From positions 1,283 through 65,282 of the forward strand of contig JAOMKM010000005.1 of assembly GCA_028351715.1 (NCBI GenBank): a stretch of 64,000 bases of DNA, written 5' to 3'. Shown piece after piece: positions 54,338 to 64,000 of the stretch. The position numbers were made by a program, and so were the translations under genes. Origin of the DNA: Methylophilaceae bacterium. GTDB lineage: Bacteria; Pseudomonadota; Gammaproteobacteria; Burkholderiales; Methylophilaceae. The notes beneath the pieces were generated by a model. It was not told the DNA's origin, made no database searches, and saw only the letters and a list, made by a program, of their open reading frames with translations. Position 1 is the stretch's first letter. The number at the start of each line of letters is the position of its first letter.

Positions 54338-54356
54338 ATAGGAATTAGGAATATAT

Positions 54357-55556
54357 ATGGCAATTGATCGAGTGGTATCTGGAATGCGTCCCACTGGGAT
54401 GCTTCATCTAGGACATTACAATGGTGTATTAAAAAATTGGGTAACTCTTCAGCATGAGCTAGAGTGTTTATTTTTTGTGGCTGACTGGCATGCATTAACC
54501 ACTCATTATGATTCTCCTGAAATTATTGAAAATAATGTCTGGGATATGGTTATCGATTGGTTAGCAGCTGGAGTTGATCCCGCTCAAGCTACTATTTTTA
54601 TTCAATCTAAAGTTCCGGAGCATGCTGAACTTTTTACATTACTTTCAATGATTACTCCATTAGGATGGCTTGAGCGAGTTCCTACCTACAAGGATCAGCA
54701 AGAGAAGTTATCTTCTAAAGATTTATCAACCTATGGGTTTCTTGGTTATCCCTTACTTCAAAGTGCCGATATTTTAATTTATAAATCAACCCAGGTGCCT
54801 GTAGGGGAAGATCAAGTTCCCCATATAGAATTTACAAGAGAGGTTGCCAGAAGATTCAACCATCTTTATGGAAAAGAAGTGGGATTTGAAGAAAGGGCTG
54901 AAGAAGCAATTAAGAAGCTCGGATCCAAAAAAGGCCAGCTCTATAGAGAACTAAGAACTGCTTATCAAGAAGAAGGAGATGATCAAGCTTTGGTATCAGC
55001 TAAAGCATTAATCGAAGAGCAACAAAGTTTGAGTCTGGGTGATAAAGAGAGGTTACTAGGTTTTCTTGAGGGTGGAGGAAAAATGATTTTAATTGAACCA
55101 GAGTATAAGCTTGCTCCAGCTTCAAAAATGATTGGTCTAGACGGACAAAAAATGTCAAAGTCTTACAATAATACAATTTCATTGAGAGAGCATCCAGATG
55201 AGATTGAGAAAAAAATAAGAAAAATGCCAACTGATCCAGCAAGAATAAGGCGTTCTGATCCAGGTGATCCGAAAAAATGTCCTGTATGGCAATTACATGA
55301 AGTTTATTCAGACAAGAAGATTAAGGAGTGGGTAGAAAATGGATGTAAGAATGCTGATATTGGTTGTATTGAGTGTAAGCAACCAGTTGTTGATTCAATT
55401 TCAAAAGAATTAAAACCTATACAAGAAAGAGCTTTACATTATATTGATAGCCCTGATTTAGTCAAAAGTGTTGTAGCCGAGGGATGCGAAAAGGCAAGAA
55501 AAATAGCACGAGATACAATGAGGGATGTGAAAGAGGTAATGGGGGTTAATTTTTAG
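54357..55556 (+). CDS. trpS: Tryptophanyl-tRNA synthetase
   Basis: SGMRPTG.LHLGH, YPLLQSADIL, VGEDQ, KMSKS. Confidence 0.96.
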   Translation: MAIDRVVSGMRPTGMLHLGHYNGVLKNWVTLQHELECLFFVADWHALTTHYDSPEIIENNVWDMVIDWLAAGVDPAQATIFIQSKVPEHAELFTLLSMITPLGWLERVPTYKDQQEKLSSKDLSTYGFLGYPLLQSADILIYKSTQVPVGEDQVPHIEFTREVARRFNHLYGKEVGFEERAEEAIKKLGSKKGQLYRELRTAYQEEGDDQALVSAKALIEEQQSLSLGDKERLLGFLEGGGKMILIEPEYKLAPASKMIGLDGQKMSKSYNNTISLREHPDEIEKKIRKMPTDPARIRRSDPGDPKKCPVWQLHEVYSDKKIKEWVENGCKNADIGCIECKQPVVDSISKELKPIQERALHYIDSPDLVKSVVAEGCEKARKIARDTMRDVKEVMGVNF

Positions 55557-56350
55557 TGAACGAGCAGTCAGATACAGATCAGTTATTACCAAAAGTATAT
55601 GGGGAGCATATTGGTCTTCTTCCACAAGACTTGTATATTCCACCTGACGCTTTGGAGGTTTATCTAGATTCTTTTGAGGGCCCCTTAGATTTATTGTTAT
55701 ACCTTATTCGAAAAAATAATATCGATATTCTTGATATCCCGATGGCTAATCTAACGGCCCAATATATGGTTTACGTAGAAAAGATGAAGGCCATCAAGCT
55801 GGAATTAGCAGCAGATTATTTACTAATGTCGGCAATGTTAATTGAAATAAAATCAAGAATGCTTTTACCAACTCCAGAGTCTGACGAGGGTGAGGAGTTA
55901 GATCCAAGAGCAGAGCTTGTAAGAAAGTTAGTTGAATATGAATTAATGAAGTCTGCCGCACAAGAATTAGAACAGATTCCACAACTTGGTAAAGATAGAA
56001 TTGTGGCCAATGCTTATTTTGAGAAAGTTATAGAAACAAAATACCCTGATGTTTCAGTTGATGAGCTATTTAATGCCTGGAAAAATGTAATTAAAAGGGC
56101 AAAACAGTTTGATAATCATAAAATATCCCGTTCAGAATTGTCAGTTAGGGAGCATATGACGATAATTCTAAAATCTTTAGTAGAAAAAGATCTGGTAGAG
56201 TTCTCAAGCTTCTTTAATGCAGAAAAGGATCCAATTCCTAAGCTTGTGGTATGTTTTTTGGCTATTCTAGAATTAACAAAGGAGAGGCTTATTAAAATAA
56301 ATCAACAGGAGCCATGCTCCCCTATATATTTGCAAAGAGAAAGTTCGTGA
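55556..56350 (+). CDS. scpA: Segregation and condensation protein A
   Basis: FEGPLDLLLYLI, IKSRMLLP, DPRAELVRKL, FLAILEL. Confidence 0.95.
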   Translation: MNEQSDTDQLLPKVYGEHIGLLPQDLYIPPDALEVYLDSFEGPLDLLLYLIRKNNIDILDIPMANLTAQYMVYVEKMKAIKLELAADYLLMSAMLIEIKSRMLLPTPESDEGEELDPRAELVRKLVEYELMKSAAQELEQIPQLGKDRIVANAYFEKVIETKYPDVSVDELFNAWKNVIKRAKQFDNHKISRSELSVREHMTIILKSLVEKDLVEFSSFFNAEKDPIPKLVVCFLAILELTKERLIKINQQEPCSPIYLQRESS

Positions 56351-56925
56351 TTGAATCAACAGTAAAAATAAAAGAGTTATTAGAGGTTGCATTATTAACT
56401 AGTCATAGGCCACTTTCTATAGATGATTTTCAGAAATTATTTATAGAGAAAATTGAAAGATCTACAATTAGAATGCTACTTGATGAGATTAAGTCTGATT
56501 GGCAGGATAAAACGATGAATCTAATCCAAGTATCATCAGGATATCGATTCGAAGCTTTATCATCATTTTCTGAAGCTTTAATGAGGTTAAATCCTGATCG
56601 AGTAATAAAATACTCGAGAATGGTAATGGAAGTTTTGGCAATTGTTGCCTATCGCCAACCTGTTACTCGCGGAGATATCGAAAAAATTAGAGGAGTTTCA
56701 TTAAATCCTAATGCATTAAGACAGCTCTTAGAGAGGGAATGGGTTGAAATTATTGGGCAGAAAGAAGTTCCAGGAAGACCTTCATTGTATGCAACAACTA
56801 AATACTTTTTAGATGATTTTGGATTATTATCAATAACAGAACTACCAGATATCAATCAGTTTACTAATGAAAATAGCCTTGATGAGCTAAAACCAGACAA
56901 TATTGACTCAACACAAGAAAGTTAA
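56347..56925 (+). CDS. scpB: Segregation and condensation protein B
   Basis: EVLAIVAYRQPVTRGDIEKIRGV, PGRPSLYATT; start placed at the GTG overlapping the scpA stop. Confidence 0.93.
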   Translation: MIESTVKIKELLEVALLTSHRPLSIDDFQKLFIEKIERSTIRMLLDEIKSDWQDKTMNLIQVSSGYRFEALSSFSEALMRLNPDRVIKYSRMVMEVLAIVAYRQPVTRGDIEKIRGVSLNPNALRQLLEREWVEIIGQKEVPGRPSLYATTKYFLDDFGLLSITELPDINQFTNENSLDELKPDNIDSTQES

Positions 56926-57783
56926 ATGAGTACATACCAAAAAAATAAGCCCTCTCAGTCCTCTTCTAGAGTGAGTGCGGTCGGCACTAGAATACATAAA
57001 GTATTGGCTCAATCAGGCTATGGATCTAGAAGGGAAATTGAAAAAGCAATTTCAGAGAAAAAAGTTAAGGTTAATAATGAAATTGCCATACTGGGGCAGC
57101 CCGTTGTTACTTCAGATAAAATTACATTTAATGGAAAAGTTGTACGTCTAAAAGAGGAAAATATCCTTCCTCGTATTTTAATTTATCATAAGCCTGAAGG
57201 AGAGTTAGTCACTGAAAATGACCCAGAGGGAAGAGCAACTGTTTTTGAGAAGCTACCTAGAATAAAAAGATCAAAATGGATCTCGATCGGTCGATTGGAT
57301 TTTAATACTTCAGGACTCCTAATTTTCACTTCATACGGGGAACTTGCTAATAGATTAATGCACCCAAGATATGAAATTGAAAGAGAATATTCTGTAAGAA
57401 TCTTAGGTGAGTTAAGTGAAGAGCAAATGAATATCCTTAGAGAAGGAATTGAATTAGAGGATGGCATAGCAAAATTTGATAAAATTTATTTTGAAGGGGG
57501 AGAAAAGGCTAACCGTTGGTATCGATTAACACTAAAGGAAGGAAGGAATAGAGAAGTTAGGCGTATGTTTGAATCATTAGGGATAACAGTTAGTAGATTA
57601 ATTAGAGTTAGGTTTGGGAGCACAATATTACCGTCACACTTAAAAAGAGGGATGTTTCTTGAATTAAAGCAAAGTGAAGTTATCAACTTATTGAAGTTCT
57701 GTGAAATTGAATCAAATAATTTTGTAATGCCACAAATAGACCACAATAAGATGCGAAGAGAGAAAAAATTCAAGAGGCAGTAG
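56926..57783 (+). CDS. rluB: 23S rRNA pseudouridine synthase B
   Basis: S4 domain KVLAQSGYGSRR, GRLDFNTSGLL, LMHP, EGRNREVRRM. Confidence 0.92.
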   Translation: MSTYQKNKPSQSSSRVSAVGTRIHKVLAQSGYGSRREIEKAISEKKVKVNNEIAILGQPVVTSDKITFNGKVVRLKEENILPRILIYHKPEGELVTENDPEGRATVFEKLPRIKRSKWISIGRLDFNTSGLLIFTSYGELANRLMHPRYEIEREYSVRILGELSEEQMNILREGIELEDGIAKFDKIYFEGGEKANRWYRLTLKEGRNREVRRMFESLGITVSRLIRVRFGSTILPSHLKRGMFLELKQSEVINLLKFCEIESNNFVMPQIDHNKMRREKKFKRQ

Positions 57784-57784
57784 T

Positions 57785-58915
57785 TTAGTCTAGTAAAATT
57801 TTTTCCAATGTTACTTTATATATTTCCTTAAGGCTGTCTATGTCACCTATATCAACATGTTCGTTGACTTTATGAATAGATGCATTAATTGGACCAAACT
57901 CTACTACTTGGTCACATATGGTAGAGATAAATCTTCCATCTGAAGTTCCACCCGTAGTAGATATTTCAGGTTTTTTATTTAGCACGTCGTAGATGGCTTC
58001 TGATAGCTTATTAACAAGAAGTCCTTCCTCAGTTAAATAAGGTTTTCCTGAATGCTGCCAATGAATTTTGTAATTTAATTTATGTTTATTTAAAGTAGCT
58101 TCAACTCTACTTTTTAATGATTCTGCAGAATTTTCAGTTGAATACCTGAAGTTAAAAAGTATCTCAACTTCACCAGGCACTACATTTGTGGCTCCCGTCC
58201 CTCCATTAATATTAGAAATTTGCCATGATGTTTTAGGGAAATATTCATTCCCATCATCCCAAACTGTATTTACTAAATCATCAATTACTGGCGCCACATC
58301 ATGGATTGGATTTTTAATTAGCTCAGGGTAGGCAATGTGCCCCTGAATTCCTTTAACAATTAATTTTGCAGATAATGAACCTCTCCGACCATTTTTTACT
58401 GTATCTCCAAATTTCAAATTACTAGTTGGCTCTCCAACAATGCAATAATCAATTTTTTCATTTCTACTTTTTAATTCCTCAATAACTTTTACAGTCCCAT
58501 CAATTGCAATACCTTCTTCGTCAGATGTTATAAGAAGTGCAATTGATCCTGGATGATTAGGATTGTCTGTTATAAATTCTTCTATGCTAACTATAAATGC
58601 AGCTAGAGATGATTTCATGTCCGCAGCACCCCGGCCGTACAAATTATTATTAATTACTGTTGGGGAAAATGGAGGACTTTGCCATTGATCTTCTGGCCCA
58701 GGAGGTACTACATCTGTGTGGCCTGCAAAAACAACTAATGGTGAGCCTTTTCCACGTTTTGCATAGAAATTTTTAACATCACCATAGTCCATATTTTCTA
58801 TAGAAAAATCTAGCGCAGTTAAATGTTCTATAAGTAAATCTTGGCATCCGGCATCATTAGGCGTAATAGATTTTTTTGAAATTAATTCTTTAGCAATATT
58901 AAATGTTTTACTCAT
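57785..58915 (-). CDS. dapE: Succinyl-diaminopimelate desuccinylase
   Basis: FAGHTDVVP, GRGAADMK, TSDEE, GRRGS, GGTSDGRF. Confidence 0.96.
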   Translation of the reverse strand: MSKTFNIAKELISKKSITPNDAGCQDLLIEHLTALDFSIENMDYGDVKNFYAKRGKGSPLVVFAGHTDVVPPGPEDQWQSPPFSPTVINNNLYGRGAADMKSSLAAFIVSIEEFITDNPNHPGSIALLITSDEEGIAIDGTVKVIEELKSRNEKIDYCIVGEPTSNLKFGDTVKNGRRGSLSAKLIVKGIQGHIAYPELIKNPIHDVAPVIDDLVNTVWDDGNEYFPKTSWQISNINGGTGATNVVPGEVEILFNFRYSTENSAESLKSRVEATLNKHKLNYKIHWQHSGKPYLTEEGLLVNKLSEAIYDVLNKKPEISTTGGTSDGRFISTICDQVVEFGPINASIHKVNEHVDIGDIDSLKEIYKVTLEKILLD

Positions 58916-59274
58916 TTTATTTCTTCTTCATATAAATTTTCATCAAATCCTATAGCAATTAATTTTCCTTTTTTGGTAATTACAGGTCTCTTCATAATGG
59001 TTGGCTTGTTTAATATAATACTGATAGCATCATCTGAGGTTAATATCCCATTTTTAATTTCATCGCTTAATTGTTTCCAGGTAATTCCAGATTTATTAAT
59101 TAGATTTATCCATGTGTAATTACTTTTCATTTTACTAATCCAATCGTTGATAAGGTGTTTACTTAAAACATTTTTTTTAACATCAAAAAACTCATACTCA
59201 AAATTATGGTCAGATAGCCAATTAAGTGATTTTTTTACTGTGTTGCAATTTTTAATTCCATATACCTGTAACAA
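58912..59274 (-). CDS. ArsC/Spx-family protein (YffB-like)
   Basis: YGIKNCNTVKK, PTIMKRPV; located between dapD and dapE. Confidence 0.88.
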   Translation of the reverse strand: MLQVYGIKNCNTVKKSLNWLSDHNFEYEFFDVKKNVLSKHLINDWISKMKSNYTWINLINKSGITWKQLSDEIKNGILTSDDAISIILNKPTIMKRPVITKKGKLIAIGFDENLYEEEIK

Positions 59275-59275
59275 T

Positions 59276-60103
59276 TTATATCCCTCTTAGTAGTTCATTA
59301 ATCCCAACTTTACTTAATGTTTTTTCATCAACTTTTTTTACAATAACTGCACAATATAGGCTGTAAGCCCCATCTTTTGAAGGAAGGTTTCCAGAAACAA
59401 CGACAGAGCCTTTGGGAACTCTTCCATAGGTTACCTCTCCTGTCTCTCTATCAAAAATTTTTGTTGATTGTCCAATGTAAACACCCATTGAAATAACTAC
59501 ATTATCTTCAACAACAACCCCCTCTACCACTTCAGAGCGTGCACCAATGAAACAGTTATCTCCAATTATTGTAGGTCCCGCCTGAATTGGTTCGAGGACA
59601 CCGCCAATTCCGACACCTCCAGATAGGTGAACATTTTTACCAATCTGAGCACAAGAACCAACAGTTGCCCATGTATCAACCATTGTTCCCTCAGCAACAT
59701 AGGCACCTATATTTACGTAGGATGGCATAAGAACAACATTCTTTCCTATAAAGCTACCTTTTCTTGCAATTGCATTTGGTACTACTCGGTAACCACCATT
59801 TTTAAAGTCTTCCTCAGAGAAATTGTTAAATTTAGATTCAACTTTATCGAAGAAATTTGTATAGCGACTTGGCATAACAAAATTATCTTCAACTCTGAAT
59901 GAGAGGAGAACAGCCTTTTTAAGCCATTGGTGAGTTTCCCACTCCTGAGAATCATCAATTCTTGATGCTACCCTCAATTTTCCATTATTTAATCCATCAA
60001 GAACTTCTTCGATAGCATCTTTAATTTTCTTATCAACATTACTCGGCGATATCTCCGAACGATTTTCAAATGCCTCTTCAATTATTATTTGTAATGATGT
60101 CAT
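59276..60103 (-). CDS. dapD: Tetrahydrodipicolinate N-succinyltransferase
   Basis: [43 protein letters not shown]. Confidence 0.97.
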   Translation of the reverse strand: MTSLQIIIEEAFENRSEISPSNVDKKIKDAIEEVLDGLNNGKLRVASRIDDSQEWETHQWLKKAVLLSFRVEDNFVMPSRYTNFFDKVESKFNNFSEEDFKNGGYRVVPNAIARKGSFIGKNVVLMPSYVNIGAYVAEGTMVDTWATVGSCAQIGKNVHLSGGVGIGGVLEPIQAGPTIIGDNCFIGARSEVVEGVVVEDNVVISMGVYIGQSTKIFDRETGEVTYGRVPKGSVVVSGNLPSKDGAYSLYCAVIVKKVDEKTLSKVGINELLRGI

Positions 60104-60174
60104 GTTTATTTTTTTTGGTTGGTTTAAAAGGAGGTAATTTTACATTAATTTGGATATATTTAGGTCTTGTTTAA

Positions 60175-60984
60175 TTAGTTAACTTTATTATCTAAGTAAA
60201 GCTGATTTAATTTCTTAGCATGCGCTGTAAGGTCTACGATTCTATTTTCGTTAGATGGGTGAGTGCTCATAAATTCAGGAATTTTAGAATTTGAAAGATG
60301 ACCCATTTTTCGCCAAAGGCTCACAGCTGCCATTGGATTAAAGCCAGCCCTTGCTGCTAGTTCAATCCCCATTTTATCTGCCTCTCTTTCATGTTCGCGA
60401 CTATTTGGTAGAGCAAAGAATAAAGTTGCACCAAAGGCAACTGCTTGAATAGCAACATTTGCTGTCGTTCTATCATCAGCTTTATTAGCTATATATGCAG
60501 CAAAACCCAAAATTCCAACTTGCTGAACTAATGCAGTCGACATTCTCTCTCTACCATGCTCTCTTAGTGCGTGAGCTATTTCATGACCCAATACAGCAGC
60601 AATTTCATCTTCTGTCGCGTCAGTTTTTTTTAAAAGTCCAGTTAGTACCATTATCTTGCCACCTGGCATACAATATGCATTTACTTCCTCACTATCTTGA
60701 ATATTAATCTCCCATTTCCAATCTAATGCATCTTCTCGAAAGACATGGATATTATCAATTAGTCTATAAGCAATTCTTTTTACCTTATCGTGCTCTTTTT
60801 TATCAATATTAAGCTTATTATTTTTTTCAGCATTTTTAATCTCTTGTCGATAGGCATCTTCAGCCATATTCATGGCCATGAATTCTGGGAGCAATAAGAA
60901 TTGTGTCCTTGAAATACCTGATTCGGTATCCATGGTTGTAGTTGAGCAACTGATAAAAAATAAAAATATAAGTAGTATTTTCAT
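60175..60984 (-). CDS. M48 metallopeptidase lipoprotein
   Basis: Lipobox FISC, NAYCMPGG, HEIAH, EREAD, STHP; start placed at internal ATG 60984. Confidence 0.9.
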   Translation of the reverse strand: MKILLIFLFFISCSTTTMDTESGISRTQFLLLPEFMAMNMAEDAYRQEIKNAEKNNKLNIDKKEHDKVKRIAYRLIDNIHVFREDALDWKWEINIQDSEEVNAYCMPGGKIMVLTGLLKKTDATEDEIAAVLGHEIAHALREHGRERMSTALVQQVGILGFAAYIANKADDRTTANVAIQAVAFGATLFFALPNSREHEREADKMGIELAARAGFNPMAAVSLWRKMGHLSNSKIPEFMSTHPSNENRIVDLTAHAKKLNQLYLDNKVN

Positions 60985-60997
60985 ATTGATATTTATC

Positions 60998-62878
60998 TTA
61001 TATTGCAACCTGACTTCCAAGCTCTACAACTCGATTAACAGGTAAATGAAATTGATTAGTAATATTTTCTGAGCTTCTAAATAAAGTAACAAATATTTTT
61101 TTTCTTAAGTAATTCATATTCGAGCCTGGCTGAGCAATTAAACTTTCCTTACCAATAAAGTATGATGTATCCATTGAATCAAAATCTAAACCAAATTTTT
61201 TACATTTTTTAAGGTCGTTGGGAATATTTGTTCTATCCTTAAATCCATAATTAATTATAACTTGATAAAAATTATGAGGTAACTTATTAACTGTAACTAA
61301 ATCTTTTGAGTTCATATGAGGTGAGTCTGAAAATCGAACTGTTAGCAATACAACTGTTTTATGTATTACTTTATTATGTTTTAAGTTATGAAGAAATGCA
61401 TGAGGAACACCTTTAGGATTTGGCGTTAAAAAAACTGATGTCCCGTCCACACGATTTTTTAAATTTCCCTTTATGGAACGAAGGAAAGGAGATATTTCCA
61501 TAGATTCATTTTTTAGCTTCCGATATAGAAGGGAACGGCCTTTTTTCCATGTAGTCATAAGTAATATCAGAATTGAGCCAATTAGAATTGGGAACCAACC
61601 TCCATCAACAATCTTAATAATATTTGCTGAAAAGAAAATTAGATCGATTGATAGGAATATTGTAATAAATAAGGAAGCTTTTATCCATGTCCATTTCCAT
61701 ACATCAATAAACACAAAACCTGCAAGGATTGTTGCGATTACCATATTCATTGTAATTGCTACGCCATATGCACCAGCTAATGCGCTAGAGTTTTGGAAAA
61801 TAAGAACTACTGCCATAACCCCTGCCATTAGAAGCCAATTAACTCGCGGTAAATAAATTTGTCCTTCTTGATTTTCGGAGGTATGGTCAATTCTCATTCT
61901 TGGAATAAAACCAAGCTGCAATGCTTGGCGAGATACAGAAAATGCCCCTGTAATACAGGCTTGTGAGGCAATGATTGTTGCAAATGTAGCCATAATAACT
62001 AGTGGAAAAGTAAACCAATTGGGAGCCATGAGATAGAATGGGTTAGAAATACTTTCTGGAGCATTTATAAGTAATGCACCCTGCCCAAAGTAATTTAAAA
62101 CTAGAGCAGGGAAGACAAAACTAAACCAAGTAATCTTAATTGGATTTCTACCGAAATGTCCCATATCGGCATAGAGAGATTCTGCTCCGGTAACGCATAA
62201 TACAACTGCCCCTAGAGTAATAAATGCTATATTAAATTGTGATTGGAAGAAATAAAATGCGTAGTATGGGTTTAGTGCATTTAAAACAAATGGTGCTTGA
62301 ATAATATTATATAGTCCTAAAGCTGCTAGTGTTAAAAACCAAATAAGCATTACTGGACCAAACATAAATCCCACTGCGCTTGTGCCTTTGCTTTGAGCCC
62401 AAAATAAGCCGAATATAATTATAAGAGTTATAGGAACAATAAAACTACCAAACGTTGGCGTGACTAATTCTATACCTTCGATAGCTGAGAGTACTGAGAT
62501 AGCTGGGGTTATCATGCCGTCAGCATAAAACATGCAAGCACCTAACATTCCAATAATCATTATGATTAGTTTTTTTCTGCGTGTTTTAGCATTTTTATTG
62601 GCTAGTGATAAGAGTGCCATAATACCGCCCTCCCCATTATTATTAGCTCGCATAATAAAAGTAATATATTTTATTGAAACTATTAATGCTAAGGACCAAA
62701 ATATTAGAGATAGTATTCCAAGAACATTCTCATTGTTTAATTCAAGGATGTTATTACCAATACTAAAAATCATTTTAATTGCATAGAGTGGACTCGTACC
62801 AATATCACCAAATACTACGCCAAGAGCAGCAACGGACAGGACGAATAATCCAGAATTATTTTTACGTGATATTTTCAT
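60998..62878 (-). CDS. kup: Potassium uptake permease Kup
   Basis: GVVFGDIGTSPLY, NNGEGG, DGMITPAISVLSA, ADMGHFG, GQIYLP, HNLKHN. Confidence 0.96.
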   Translation of the reverse strand: MKISRKNNSGLFVLSVAALGVVFGDIGTSPLYAIKMIFSIGNNILELNNENVLGILSLIFWSLALIVSIKYITFIMRANNNGEGGIMALLSLANKNAKTRRKKLIIMIIGMLGACMFYADGMITPAISVLSAIEGIELVTPTFGSFIVPITLIIIFGLFWAQSKGTSAVGFMFGPVMLIWFLTLAALGLYNIIQAPFVLNALNPYYAFYFFQSQFNIAFITLGAVVLCVTGAESLYADMGHFGRNPIKITWFSFVFPALVLNYFGQGALLINAPESISNPFYLMAPNWFTFPLVIMATFATIIASQACITGAFSVSRQALQLGFIPRMRIDHTSENQEGQIYLPRVNWLLMAGVMAVVLIFQNSSALAGAYGVAITMNMVIATILAGFVFIDVWKWTWIKASLFITIFLSIDLIFFSANIIKIVDGGWFPILIGSILILLMTTWKKGRSLLYRKLKNESMEISPFLRSIKGNLKNRVDGTSVFLTPNPKGVPHAFLHNLKHNKVIHKTVVLLTVRFSDSPHMNSKDLVTVNKLPHNFYQVIINYGFKDRTNIPNDLKKCKKFGLDFDSMDTSYFIGKESLIAQPGSNMNYLRKKIFVTLFRSSENITNQFHLPVNRVVELGSQVAI

Positions 62879-64000
62879 TCTATGTTATCAATAAGGGGGT
62901 CTATAATTTTTGCTTGCGCACTTCCGTGATGAAATTTAATACTAATTTTATCATCTGAAGCTACATTTGAGCTGCTATTAATAATATTTTTATTTTGATC
63001 AAAGATTATTGAGTAACCTCTTAAAAGAATAGAGTTTGGATCTAAATGTAATAGGTTTTTCTGCAAACCATCTATTTTGTTTTTATAAGCCTCTAATTTT
63101 TTTTCAAAATTAAATTTTAATCTTTTTCTAAGGTTTCTAGTTACCTCTAATTGCATTAATAATCTCTCAGATGGAGAAACAAGTCTTTTCTCATACATAT
63201 CAATTTTTTGAGATAAAGACTGTAACTTTTCATTAATAATATTGGACATAGATTTCTTATAGACTTCTATTTGAATGACAACCTGCTCTAGATTTTCACT
63301 AATCAGTTCTGCTGCTGCTGTTGGAGTTGCAGCTCGAATATCTGAAACAAAATCTGAGATAGTAAAGTCTGTTTCGTGACCAATGGCAGAAATAATAGGG
63401 ATAGTAGAATTAAAAATTTCAAAAGCTAAATCTTCAGAATTAAAAGCCCACAAATCTTCAATTGAACCACCACCTCTGCATAGAATAATTGTATCTACTT
63501 CATTTCTAGTATTTGCAATTTTCAATGCTTTAATTATTCCCTCTGGTGCAGCATCTCCTTGGACTAATGTAGGGTAGACAATTATCGATACTGACTTATT
63601 TCTTCGCCGGAGGGTGGAGATAACATCTCTTAATGCCGCACCATCTGGGGATGTAATTACACCAATTGATGATGGATAGGCTGTTATTGGGTTTTTTGAA
63701 GTAATATCAAATAAACCTAAAACATCAAGTTTATTCTTTAATTGATTAAATTTTTCGAAAAGTGCTCCTATGCCGGCTCGTTGGATATATTCTATATTTA
63801 GTTGGTATTCACCTCTTACTTCGTAAAGCCCTACTTGGCCTTTGACCTCGATTTGATCGCCATTCTTTGGGATCCAATCAATTTTATTGTTACTACCTCT
63901 AAACATTGCACATCTTACTTGAGCTTCACTGTCCTTTAAAGAAAAATACCAATGTCCAGAAGCTGCAGCAATAAAGTTGGAAATCTCTCCTTTAATCCAC
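62875..64000 (-). CDS. xseA: Exonuclease VII large subunit (5' end beyond the window)
   Basis: Frame stays open upstream of 63906 (WIKGEISNF..SGHWYFSLKD); RGGGSIEDL, SAIGHETD, TPTAAAE, LLRGYS. Confidence 0.95.
   Translation of the reverse strand, partial: WIKGEISNFIAAASGHWYFSLKDSEAQVRCAMFRGSNNKIDWIPKNGDQIEVKGQVGLYEVRGEYQLNIEYIQRAGIGALFEKFNQLKNKLDVLGLFDITSKNPITAYPSSIGVITSPDGAALRDVISTLRRRNKSVSIIVYPTLVQGDAAPEGIIKALKIANTRNEVDTIILCRGGGSIEDLWAFNSEDLAFEIFNSTIPIISAIGHETDFTISDFVSDIRAATPTAAAELISENLEQVVIQIEVYKKSMSNIINEKLQSLSQKIDMYEKRLVSPSERLLMQLEVTRNLRKRLKFNFEKKLEAYKNKIDGLQKNLLHLDPNSILLRGYSIIFDQNKNIINSSSNVASDDKISIKFHHGSAQAKIIDPLIDNIE

Noticed and set aside
58912-59274. Arsenic resistance gene
   Set aside because: YffB-like ArsC-family gene in its usual dapD-dapE context, with no ars operon

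Overview
Low-GC (roughly one third by eye), extremely gene-dense window with many abutting or overlapping genes. It is almost entirely core housekeeping genes of a streamlined betaproteobacterium. Gene order (lptD/surA divergent from amgK-murU-pepP-ubiH-ubiI-dsbC; lolCD-exbBD-msbA-lpxK-ycaR-kdsB; PHP-S2P-trpS-scpAB-rluB) plus an mxaE/mxaD-like pair suggests a streamlined Methylophilaceae (OM43/Methylopumilus-like); this placement is inference. I see no rRNA, tRNA, CRISPR array, integrase, transposase or prophage. Non-routine elements: (1) a two-gene iron-uptake cassette behind a Fur box, comprising an FTR1/EfeU permease and an uncharacterised His-repeat lipoprotein, with none of the usual partner genes; (2) a 78-aa protein with an amphipathic helix plus histone-H1-like AKKK(PA/VV) repeats; (3) a periplasmic PQQ aldose-dehydrogenase-like and SMP-30-like propeller pair flanked by secreted ankyrin proteins; (4) a 1-nt frameshift in an A7 run at the 5' end of yggS; (5) intrinsic terminators lying directly on the next gene's start; (6) an isocitrate dehydrogenase lacking the NADP determinants. 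All calls come from motif recognition and synteny; no database searches were run.
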